From Camelus ferus (taxonomy: Eukaryota), in the NCBI RefSeq assembly GCF_009834535.1, contig NC_045697.1, positions 58,096,001-58,160,000 on the forward strand: a stretch of DNA of 64,000 nt, given 5' to 3'. A model generated the notes under the pieces. That model made no database searches. It was given only the letters and a program-made list of their open reading frames with translations, and was not told the DNA's origin. Shown piece after piece: positions 52,131 to 64,000 of the stretch. Each line of letters begins with the position of its first letter. Positions within the stretch are counted from its first letter, which is position 1. A program made the position numbers and the translations under genes.

Positions 52131-53644
52131 AAAATATTAATTTTCTAAATTAATTTTAAAGATAAGAGAAATGGGTATGTTCCTTGTATCTTTGAAGATC
52201 AATGGATAAATTTCTAATCCACTCTAGATTAGATTCATTTCTAGAGTTTCTTTTTTCATGTTCTCTTACCATGTTTTAATGTGATTTTTAAGTTCACTTG
52301 ATATCATCTCTTTAATGTATTTCTTCAACAGGTGAAAAATATAACTAATTGGAAATTAATCAAAATATCAATAGTACAGAATTTGCTGCACAGTCAACTT
52401 AAGTTGAAATCCTAATATTTAATCTTTAATCTTCAACATTAAACATTTTGTTATTTCAGCTCTGAAAGATAGGCTTAAGTACTTAAACATAGTCAATATA
52501 TATGGTTGATATGCTACTGAAGAAATTACTTGAAATACATAAATATTATTTAGGGACAATATTGGTGTGTGGGCAGAGCATACTAACATCAACAAGATTT
52601 TTAAAAAGTCATGCAGGCACAGAGAGAGTACATTAACATGGAAAAGCAGATTCTTGAACTCAGTACCCACTTCTTCACTAAACAACAGATTTAGTGGCCA
52701 CAGTGGGAGTGAATTAACATTTTTACTATTTCTTGATACATGAGATCAAAGTCAGGAAGCACATCAATGTTCACAAAACATGTACCATGAATGAAGTTGT
52801 ATGTAGATTAGTATTAAAGTATATTCAAACAGGTCCACAAAGTAATTCCTCTCCTTCCTCCTAACTCCACTGACAATGTCACAGCCACGAAGGCCAAAGA
52901 CACAAAATAAGTGGTAACCAAGTAAAAAAATCTCTTTTCTTGTAGCATAAGTTCCTCATTAATACATTGATAAAAAAGTCATCAACTATGAATCCCTCAT
53001 ATCTATAAGGTGCATGGGCCAAGAATTTATTCACAATCTGCACATTTGGTTTCATTCAACTGGTTAGCAAAATACCTGTAGGCACTTACACATGGTAATT
53101 ATTATTCTTCCTTTAATACATAGCTAATATTATGCATCACCTTAAAATATCATTCAGTAAGATTTTTGACAAAACTTCCTCTGCTTTCTCTTTGTGTGTA
53201 GTATTTGTCATTAATACTGCAGTTGCTATATAGTTTTTTTAAAGTGTTTTTTCAGTAAAGTGTGAAACCTTAAATGCTTCCCCTACTTTTGGTCTCTTGT
53301 GTATTTCAGCAAAAAATTAATCAATTTTACTGCATAGAAATTATTTTATGCGTGTTGTTTTTTTTTAATCTCCCTTAGTTTACTGGATCAAGAATAAAAG
53401 AATCAATGACAATTTTCAACTTATTATTTTCAGTTCTCTCTCCCTGACTCCTGCAATGAGTGAGTATCATTACCACCACTACCACCATCAGCCCACCAGG
53501 TGTTTGGGTTTCCCTCTACTGGGGAAGTCTAGAAAGTGTCCCAGACTACAGGATGGTGGGTCAGTCACAGATAATGAGACATCTGGGAGTTGGAAAATGA
53601 AGCTAGAGTCTCTATTACAGGACAGTTTTATTGCAACTGGGTGT

Positions 53645-54010
53645 TCATACGATAAGTGAAGTCAGTAAGAGAAAGAAAAATAATATATGATATTGCTTAT
53701 ATGAGGAATCTGAAAAAAAAAGGGGGGTGGGGGAGGCACAAATGAACTTATCCACAAAACAGAAACAGACTTACAGACATGGAGAACAAACTTATGGTTA
53801 CCAGAGGGGAAAAGCTGTGGGAAGAAATAAACTAGGAATTTGAATTTTGCTCCTCTTGGGGAGTAATGGAAAAGTTAACTATCTTGATTGTGGTGGTGGT
53901 TTCATTGGTGTATACATCTATCAAAATTCATCAAATTGTACATCTGAAATATGTGTAGTTTACTGTGCAGGAATCATACCACAGTAAAGATGTTATAAAA
54001 AAAAAAAAAA
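53645..54010 (+). mobile_element. Chimeric L1 3' end (artiodactyl-type joined to L1MB/MC-type terminus) with A14 tail
   Basis: taagtgaag..ggaatct..aaacttatggttaccagaggg, then tcttgattgtggtggtggttt..caaaattcatcaaattgtaca. Confidence 0.7.
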
Positions 54011-57000
54011 GGCTGCAGTTTATCCATTAATAGATCACTCCATGGGAAAGAAACACAGTCAATCCACAGTTAGAAAGGATCAATTTAGGACTCTGGTGCC
54101 TAAAAGTGAAGGAATTTTCCACCTGCTCCTCCCACAAAATAAGCCCTTCCTTTACTGCTCTCTTTCCTCTTTCCCTTCTCTGCCTGCCCCTTCCTTCCTC
54201 TCATCTCCCATCTCCCTTTCTTCCCTTTCTTTTCTCTTTTCTCCCCTTCCTATATGATGTTAGGCTTTCTGTGGATGATTCTGAAGTGGGTGATTTCCTT
54301 ACTCCTGGAGTCAAGGAGAGTGGACTGTTTCTCAGGGTCCCAGCTGGTGACTTCACAAGGGAGTAGCAAGAATGTATCACTTAATCCTTTACGAAGTGGT
54401 CTTGCCAGACATTTATGCCCCTGTCTGGCAAGGCTTTATAATGGAAAATCAACTGGGGGAGAGTGGTAAATTAATCTCTGGTCAAACATAATTCCACTTT
54501 TAAAAGATATTCATAAATGTATGCCCTAATTGCACTTTTCTCTTCCTGCTGCACATGTGAAATCATGATGCTTGCAGATTTATATGTCCCAGCATAGATG
54601 GATTTGCATTCCATATTCAGCACTGGAGAGCAATTCACTCTTTGTTTATGATGGTATTTTGGGTTGTACTATTCATGTAACCCTTTTCATCACTTTTTAT
54701 GCTTCAGTGAACCACATTTTAGTCATGGGTCCATTTTTGAGAATTGAGGAGATAACACAGCACAAGCAGAAAAACAAAATTACAAATTTAATCATGTTAA
54801 CAGTAGCATGAAGATGGCGTGAAAATATATTAGGTGAGACAAACTGTATCCTATTAGCTAGATATTTGCAGACAAACCAGTGCAATCCTTAAAAGGACGT
54901 GTATAATTTTAGAGAATATAATTATTATTAATTGTATGAGTAATGAGATTTCTATGCAAATAAAAATTAATCTTACATTTCAGATGCTTTTAAGGCTATG
55001 AACAAAATAGTTTTGTGGATTTTGGATTTTTCCTCTTCAAACCTACAAACTGCCTCTAACATGGCCACAAACCCTGCTTTAAAAATACTGCTCTATCAAA
55101 GCATTATTTCTCTCTTCACATTTCTTGTTTCTAAATTTGTTCCATATTACTTTTTTTTTTGCCTTTTCCTTCTGAGACACCATATGTGTACACACACACA
55201 CACACACATAGTAATTATGAAATAAATTAGAAGAACTCCTGTGTTTTGACCTCTTACCATAATTTAAAGCAATTAATAAAGAGCACAGGAGCATAAAAAC
55301 TTATCTTGACCTTAGAGTGCTTATCTCTAAGAAGCCAGGTAAAACACAGCAGCAGCTTTCATTTGTCTACAGCTTACATCTTCTTCACAGAATATGCAAT
55401 GACTGCATCCTTATTCAAGAGGGATTCTGTGTAATCTCCGGGGTACAAAGAATCTGAAGGAAAGAGACTGATATCACAGTGGGGAAGCAAAAAAACATTG
55501 CTGATTACACAGCAATAATGATATTGCATATCTATTTAGAAAAAAACCTCCTGGAAAGATCCAAGTTTACTTCTCTGACACACACTCAATGCTATGGTGA
55601 ATAAGTATATGTGTTTATGTACAAAAAATACTTAGAAGAATTTTCTAAACATATGTATTTGGTAAATTAATTTTATTGCAAAAATAAACCAATAGCACCA
55701 ATAAACCAGTTCAAATTAACTTCATTCTACTTCTCCTTACTTGCAACATAGGAATAGTAATACTTAACTTCCCCTTTTCAGATACACTAAAAATCAAATA
55801 GGAAAATGTTTGTGAAATTAATTTATAACCTAAAAGCATCTACACAAATATAAAGTTTTTTTATATAAACAGACCTCTGTTCAAATAAAATGAACAAATC
55901 ATAGTTGAAAATCACAGTGATAACCCTAATTAACTCATAATTTATTATTTTTAGAGTAAGTTTAAATATATGTTGAAGGAAGCATATACAAGTATTTCAG
56001 TAGCACTGACATTAATCATGCTAGATCTTTACATAGGCACATATGCATGAATAAAGCAATATAACTGTACACAGATTCAATCAGCATGTTCTGAACTCAT
56101 ACGTTGAGTGAGACCAATTCTAGAAGAATAATATTTAGTCTTGACTCCCGCCGTCACTGTGTGCTGGGGCATTGGTGCATGTGCTGCTGAAACAGTCATT
56201 GTAATAAACTTTATAGAAGCAGAGGAAAAGACAGTATTAACCGAGTCCTCAGCATTTCAGTTTGTATTTTATCATTAATTTTAAAAGTCATGTTGAGTGA
56301 GATACTTTATCTAGTAGAGTTTATGGGAAGATCAGTTATATACTGTGAAACTGAATGGGACAAAGGATCAAGAATTTTACAAGAGTTGCCATTACAGCAG
56401 AAATGGTGTAGTGAGTCTTGAGTTACTACATATAGAAAACGATGCTAATAGTTTCCGGTCTGAATGGCAGACTATTCCTAAGCAAAACTTGCTTTCTACT
56501 CATAGCCACGTATATTTTTACAAAATATAATTATAAAGAGAGATTACCAAAAAAGTCATTGATCCTAAGATCTATCATAAGCTTGTTAGTGTGTTTATAC
56601 CAGGCCTAAAATGGATAAAACTAAACAATGAACTTTTCAGAGCTTTTTTTCTATTGACAGAAATAAGAATTCTCAGTACTATTATGATGTTAAAATGATG
56701 TCATGTTAAGAGTCAGACATTATGACAACTCTATTTCACATACCTGAGAAGAAGGCCCTGTTTAAAACTTCTTGGCTATTATTTTGAAGAACTAGAGGAA
56801 TCCTCAGGCAGTCAGGCCAAAGAGTAGATGAACTGAAAAGGTGGATAATTTTTGGAACTTCAAAAACATAACATAGAAGGAAAAACAGGGGTGCTTTTTT
56901 TATAGGGGAACTAAAATACAGACTCTCTGACAAATACAGACACTCTGATAAAAAAGATGCATTACATTTTTTAAAAAATCATTATATTTCTTCATGTAAT

Positions 57001-57539
57001 ACACTTGAAATAACTTTAAGTGGTTCTGTCAAGGCTTTTATTAGGTATATGCAGCTATGATCACTTTTGTCACCTAATATTTGGTAGATACTTCAAAATT
57101 ATTCACTTGCCTCCTTTACAATAGACACCAATAGAAGAAGGAGATGAAACGCTGAGTTACATGCTACCAAACACCACACTGGAGGTCAGCTGAAGTGATC
57201 TCTTCTTGATAGAAAGTCTGATTCAAGGACATGTAGACTCAAAAAGAATGGGAGATTTTAGAGACAAAAAAAAAATTGTTGAAATACGTAAATATGGTTA
57301 TAAGAAACCAGTAAGTCAAATAAAGGTTAGAAAAATCTAATGAACCTATATGAGACAAAGTTTGAGAAGGTAAGTTTTGGCTTTGCCTTGTGTAAATTGA
57401 TTTCCTTAGACCAAACTTCTAAATAGAGAAGGTTGACAGACATTATTCCTAAGATTCCTCCAAGTATGGAAGGCAGCATGATGAGACAAAGTATAGATTT
57501 TAAGGTCATTATTGCCTGGATTTTATTCTCAAATTTACT

Positions 57540-57700
57540 ACATATTGGCTGGGCAGGCAATGGCAAGTTAATTCACTTTTCTGAGTCTAAGTTTACTCTT
57601 AAAATAAGTATCCACCTTTCAGGACTATAGGGGGTAGGGTTATATAAAACAATGAAAATTAAATGCTTGGCACAGAACCTGGTATTGTAGTTGGCACCAA
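57540..57700 (+). mobile_element. MIR relic
   Basis: ggcaagttaattcacttttctgagtctaagttt..aaatgcttggcacagaacctgg. Confidence 0.55.
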
Positions 57701-60084
57701 AACCACCTATTTCTCTTTATTAATAAAAATTCTATGGTTGATAGGAACCAGATTACCTAGGTTATAACCTAAAGGTTATTGTCTCTAGACCTTTCTAGTT
57801 AAGTGAACCTGGGCTAGTAACTATGTTTCTTTCTGTGTAAAATTAGGGTTTAAATATATGCTTTGTTTCCTTTCAGTTTGTTGTTGTAATAAAGAAAAAT
57901 AAGGTGACAATGTAGTCACAAAAAGAGCAATACTCATGGACAGAGAAGGAATTAACCCTTCTGGGTGCTTACAGTGTACTAGATGATTTGCCTGTAGTAT
58001 CATTCAATCTCATTATAATGCTGTGAGATACTTCTTTATTTCACAAGTAAGAAAATGCAGAAAGGGTAAGTGGCCCAGGGTTGGCCAAGATCACTCAATT
58101 GTTAAGTCACAGAGCAGCAAAGTCAGTCCAGGTAATGCTCACCTCCCTTCTCCACACATGGCTTCTGAAGAACTAAGGTTATTAGTAAGAGGGAAGGACT
58201 ATTTAATCTTAAAGCAAGAATTATGAAGGGAAGGGGGAAGGATAGGCTAAGAGATGCTATCAGCAACTATTTAAGCATCTGCTCATTTAGCAGAACAAAA
58301 AACTAAGCTGATGAGGAATCAGAGATAATTAGTAAACAAATCACAGAGGAAATGGATAATTATTAAATCCAAGATTGTCTAATGTGTATGTCTAATAGTG
58401 TATTTTTCCTATTTTAATAAAACTGACAGTGAGAAAGGAAGAACACTCCATGTTAATTCATCATATATTCTCATACACTTCAGCTGCAGATTAAAGGAAC
58501 CATGCCAGTTGCTGCAACTCCAGAAAGAGAGCAAAGAAATCCTCTCCGAACCCCATGGGTTAATAGGAGTCTATCAATCACTCTGCCAGTCTTCCGGATC
58601 ATTATTCAAGTTGCTATACCCAATTTTGCTGGATATATCAGATCGACTCCAGCTCCATTGGTAATTTTTCTCCCTAATGGGTTTGGAATTTGTTCCTTTT
58701 TAAATTATTATCGTCTTTGGGCTAATGTGCTACTCAAAATCTTTGAAAATGGTGCTAAGAATATCAGTCATTATCTCTGTGTATGTATGTGTGAGTGCAT
58801 TTAATTCACAAAATATTACCTTACTATTAATATACAGGGAATTTAAGGATATCGACAGAACAGTTATTTAGTGCTAGTTATATTAACTGTGAATATTATG
58901 CTTTCTTATGTTTCTATTATATAATTATTTTACATATTCTTTTGTTTATTTCAAGGGATCTTCAAGGACAGGGAAAAACAGGTGTACATGATTCCAAGTT
59001 GATGCAGAAATTTGGCAGAGACCTAGTCATTTGATCAATAAAGAACAACATACTGGGAAAATTTAACTAAACATTTACCAAAATTCAAGCAGCGAACAGA
59101 TATATACAATAGACACATATATAATTTATTATTACTTATTATAGATATTATCATTATTATTTATAATTAATTTTACTTAATTATAAGTATATTTATATAT
59201 TATATATAATATATTTTATATATTATATATATATAATAAAACAAGGATAGCTCTTGGAGAGGAAGTTATTTGAAAAGGAAGTTTATTCTTTTATTCAGAA
59301 AACTTGTATTGCACAGGTGACATACATACAAAGAAGACCAAGATCCTGCCTTCAAGCAAATAAAAAAAAAAGCAGATACCAATAAAGAACTATGTTAAGT
59401 GCAATATTAGAGGCACGTAAGTTATGAGAATAGCATCCATATGACAAGATTCCAGAAGGCTTCCTGAAAGACATGAGAACTAAGCAGACTATGGAAGATG
59501 ACCTCAGTTGAAGAGGAGGGAAAGAGAACTGCAAGTAGAAGGGTCATAGGTGAAAACAACCATTTGTGAGAGGCCCAGAAGCACTTTAATATTTCCAACT
59601 ACACCTTAATCTTCATTGGAACAGGACTTCTCATCTTTTTTGTTCAGACAGGCATTCCCAGTATCTAGAACAGTGTCTGACACACAGTAACTGTTGGTTG
59701 AATGAACATTTACTTTATGATTTGCAAGTCAAGGAACAAAGAAATGTGAATTTGGAATGGAACCAGATCACAAAGTATATTTAAGTGTTTCTTAGTGGCA
59801 CTTCTTGTACTATTTTTTCTCCTTTAGGCCATTCCAGCTCTGGAATATCTGGTGAGAACATAGATAATAAGTTACACTCTTATTCACATTTGCCCTCGAG
59901 AACTTGTCCTTGTAATGTGCAATTTTTTTTTAAATTTTTGCTTATATTTGCCAGTGTAACATAACTATAATGGCTTGCTAACTTTTCTGACCTAAAAAAT
60001 ATATTTTATATCACAATCCAACAAACAGACACATATATGTATACAACTGAAACCAAAGTTTTGCCAGAAACATCTACCCTGAGT

Positions 60085-60410
60085 TTTCTTGTTTTTAAGA
60101 CGTTTTTTCTTGAGTAGTTTTAGGTTTACAAAAAAATTGACAGGAAGGTTAAAGAAATTTCCCATATAATACCTCTCCACACATAAGCATCGTCATTATT
60201 TTTATTTACCAGAGTGGTACTGTTTTTGTTATTTTTTTTAATTAAGGATGAGCGTACTTTGACACATCATAATCACCAAAGTCCACAGTTCACCTTAGTT
60301 TGGACAAAAATATAATGACATAGATATCCATCGTTAAAATGTCATAAAAAATATTTTCATTGCTCTAAAATTTCTCTACTCCAGAATGCCATATGGAATC
60401 TCTTCCTTTT
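60085..60410 (-). mobile_element. L1MC-like 3' end
   Basis: agtagttttaggtttaca..ccagagtggtac..tgacacatcataatcaccaaagtcca..tttggacaaa..ccagaatgccata. Confidence 0.8.
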
Positions 60411-62559
60411 TACCCCTGAAATGAGGTTCAGAGCCTTCATGTCTATAAGATCACTCATGTAATGTGGAATTTTCTTGATGCAACTTCCCATCATAATCTC
60501 CCTGTGTCCATTTACCTTGGGGTATATATTTGCTGATAGAAACTAATTTAATTTGCCTTAAATTGTTCATGGGAGGAAACCTTCCCAGATATCATTTTCA
60601 GTCAGCTGTGGCATTGTGAAAAGACCACTGCTCATGCCCTTTGGACTTAGAAGGATTGAGTTCACATCTCAGGTCTCACATGGGCCAGGCCTACAACTTC
60701 CCTTTGCATCTATATTTAAAGTGGCATTAATATAAAGCCACAGGAGTATTGGAGATTAGGATTTATTCTCAAGTAACTCTTATCTCTTTGTTCCTTATCT
60801 CAATTTTGAGAGGAACAGTATCCTCTGATCATTATAGAAACATTTTCCATTAAATCTTCATAACAAATAATGCTACAAGGTAACAATTAATACCATGCAC
60901 ACTTTATTTTATAAAGCATTCATGAGACGTGCACAAGGTCAAATGTTCTATGCCTGGCTCCATAATTTTTGGGCTTTCTATCATATACTTATACCTTTCT
61001 TTGACCTTGGTTAGTCAATGAATCTGAGGCAAAGTTATTGAAAGAAGTTACTCTTCATTATAATATAAATAAGCATAAAATAATTGCTTATTTTTTTCTT
61101 TTTGCCTTCACCAAAATAGGACAATATTTGCCCTACGGGGAAGGTGGATACTTGTTTATGTAGATGCTTAACACATTAACTCTTATACTATTAATTTGTA
61201 TGTTTGTTATTTTGTGTGTATATATAGACATGTACACCATAACTTACATATGTGTATATAAACATATAAACATGTATACACACACACACACATACTTATA
61301 CACACACTTAACATTCATTCCCTTCCTTCACTACCCTTGGTGACACTTCCAGTTTTTTCTCTTTGTGAAATATAGTGCTAGATCAAGCTCTTATAGATCC
61401 TAAATTTACTTGTTTGTCATCTTATGTATGTTATTAAGATAAAAAGTAGGTTTTCAAATCAAACACATAGCAAATGAGATGCAACAAACAAGCTAACATT
61501 AATTAACATATTTGGTGGAAGTGTCCTGAGGAAAACAGCTGCATTGGTCTGGCACTATTAGTGAGGCAGGATATTATAAAAAGGATGCTTACCATCTACA
61601 GATACCCTGTGGTTTCTGAGACTGTAAAAAAAGAGGTCCAATACTTAAGTTGCCATGGTTTCTTATAGAAATATAGTCATAAACCCTCAAAATCAGCATT
61701 TTGAATGGTGTATACATGTGAGACATCATGAATTTTCCCATGAGTTTTCAGACTAATGATATTATACTGTAAAATATATCTCTTACTATTTTTGAACATG
61801 GTGGCACCCAGTAAAAATGACTGCATATGTTATTTCAAATTATATTTAATATTATCTTCATTATTTTCTTTTCCTTCCAGATGGACAGTGTGTTTTCTTC
61901 CTATTTTTAAAGACAGCAAAGTGGAGAACTGGTGAATATTATAAGGACACACCGAAAAGTGCATTGTTACTATGGCAATAAAAAAGAGAACAAATGCCTC
62001 AGTTCTTCTTGGTAAAATTCCATCTCTCTGTGTGAAATGTTGTAGCTCCCTGCATTAATTGTAAGCAAATAGTCTTCCTGTAACATCTTTAATTGGATTA
62101 AATATGTCTATTTAATATAAATGCATTTAACAGCTGCTGAGTCCCTGGTAATTCAGTTTACAAACATGACTGAAGCCCCTTCTCTGACCTCTTTGCAGTC
62201 AATTTGGGAAAACTGATAAACTGATAAGTTCAACACAAAGCAACAAGGGGTGCAAGAGGGGTTTGCACAGAGAAGTGAAGCGTCTAACACTCTCCTCCCC
62301 TTCTACTTAAAATTCCATCTTCAATCAACTTTTCTTCAAGGAGAATTTGAAAAGTTAATGCTTACTTAAAATAAAAACAGACTGCTAGCAATAAATCAAG
62401 ATAAAAATCTTAATAGTAGGGATCTACAGAAGGCGGTATGAAAAATTATTGTAGAATAGGCTGCAAGGAGCTATCAAGTATTTTTAAAAGAGAAATACAA
62501 CTTTGGTGATTCTTTTTGAAACCTAGATAAAATCATGCTAATTCACTGCTTAAAACCAC

Positions 62560-62760
62560 AGTTACCAGTGAGAACCTCTGAGATCTAGCCCTTGCCTACC
62601 TCTAAAGTCCCATTCCATACCATTCTCCTTCTTTTCCATACTTAGCCACTCAGATCTTCTTTCAGTTCCTAGAACATTTTCCCTTTCCCAGGGCCTCTAT
62701 ATATGCTGTTCTCTCTGCTTGAAACAGCTCCCAAACTTGAAGTATCATTTTATTATATTC
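62560..62760 (+). mobile_element. L2 relic
   Basis: gatctagcccttgcctacctct..tcttctttcagttcctagaaca..agggcct..atgctgttctctctgcttgaaac. Confidence 0.6.
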
Positions 62761-62939
62761 TTGTAAAAGCCTAAACTGTTCCTAACCTCCACCACCATCA
62801 TCACTATCATCAGTCCTTCCCCAATCAGACCAGTTCCACAGTTAAATTAGTATAATCTTATCTCCATTAAATCTACTCCATATTATAATTAAATATTTTT
62901 GTGACTTAGTAAGCTCCATTGAGATAAAAAAAGGTATCA

Positions 62940-64000
62940 AGGAGAAGTTCCCAAGATGGCAGAGTAGAAAGGCCCTGAATCCACTTTTTCTCACTGGCAC
63001 GTCAAAATTACAACTATTTACAATACAATTCTAGAAGAAAAAGACCAAAACCTACCAGAAAACATCTTCTGCAACTAAAGATATAAAGAAGAAACCACAA
63101 CAAGACAGGTAGGAAGGGCAGAGTCACAGTACAGTCAAGACCCATACCCCCAGGTGGGCAACCAACAAACAGGAGAATTGCAATTGCAATTACAGAAATT
63201 GTCCCCAAGAAATGAAATGTCTGAGCCACAGAGGGCTCCCAGCCTGGGGCTCCTGCACTAGGAAGATGACCACCCAAGAACTTTTGGCTTTGAAGACCAG
63301 CAGGGCCTACTTTCTGGAACCTCAGAGGCCTGAAGGAAATAGAGATTCCATTCTTAAAGGGAACATACAAAATATCACACGCTTTTAGGACCCAAGGAAG
63401 AAGCAAAAATATGAAAGGTGCTTTGATCAGACCTACCTGCTGATCTTGGCACGTGTCCAGGAGAGGCAGGCAGCAACTACAGTTCACTCTGAGGACATAG
63501 ATACTGGCAGCAGCCATTACTGTGAGCTCATTCCACCATATGGTCACTGGTAGGGGCAAGCACCATTTTGAAATCCCCCATCTAGCTTCTTAGCCTCAGC
63601 ATCTAGCCCCACCTCTGCCCACAAGCCTGTAGGCACCAATGCTGGGATGCCTCAGGCCAACCATCTAAGTGGGTGGGGACACAGCCCCATCCAACAGCAG
63701 ACAAGCTGCCATTAGACCCCTTGAGCCACCCCTGGACATAGTCCTGACCACCAGAGACCCCAGGACATGGCGTCACACACCAGTGGGCAGGTACTAGACC
63801 TGGGACTCAACAACCAGAGAAACCAGGACACGGGTTTGCCCACCGGTGAACAGGCACTATCCCTCAAATCCCCTAGGCTTTGGGCATGCACACTGATGAG
63901 CCCACTCTAGCACTGGGACCAGCTTCATCCACCAGTGGGCAAGCACCAGCCCTAGGACAATTGCCTCCCTTCAGTCTAGCTAGCACCAGCCTATGTCTGG
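62940..64000 (+). mobile_element. Older L1 5'UTR (L1M/L1MA-like), runs off the window
   Basis: YY1 site ccaagatggcagagtag; caaaattacaactattta; gacccatacccccaggtgggc; tttggctttgaagaccagcagggc. Confidence 0.8.

Noticed and set aside
59100..59240. AT-rich palindromic tract
   Set aside because: Low-complexity (TA)n decay with no specific function supportable
63014..63559. 181-aa minus-strand ORF
   Set aside because: Antisense to a degenerate L1 5'UTR, non-ATG start, no clear similarity to the ORF at 10632-11252
1..64000. CRISPR arrays, operons or prokaryotic systems
   Set aside because: Mammalian repeat-rich DNA with no regularly spaced repeats or dense ORFs

Overview
This is AT-rich mammalian genomic DNA, most likely from a camelid: it carries two tRNA-Ala-derived vic-1-type SINEs and artiodactyl-type L1 3' ends. 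I recognise no host protein-coding exon, rRNA, true tRNA or CRISPR array. The window is dominated by transposable elements: one young 5'-truncated L1 with an uninterrupted ORF2 C-terminus and a perfect 17-bp TSD, several older L1 5' and 3' fragments, L2/MIR relics, many MaLR/ERVL/ERV1 LTRs, and a degenerate ERV1 provirus with a nested MaLR. The most notable object is a ~880-bp TSD-flanked element (10655-11536) in which an L1 5'UTR is joined directly to the last ~45 nt of an L1 3'UTR at a splice-like junction, a candidate spliced or non-autonomous L1 derivative. Other leads are a pre-miRNA-sized hairpin at 19191-19263, a possible retrocopy of an L1 antisense-promoter transcript (21675-22145) and a chimeric L1 3' end. 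A strong + strand bias of L1/LTR elements suggests an intron of a minus-strand gene. Subfamily names come from pattern recall, not database searches, and boundaries of old elements are approximate.
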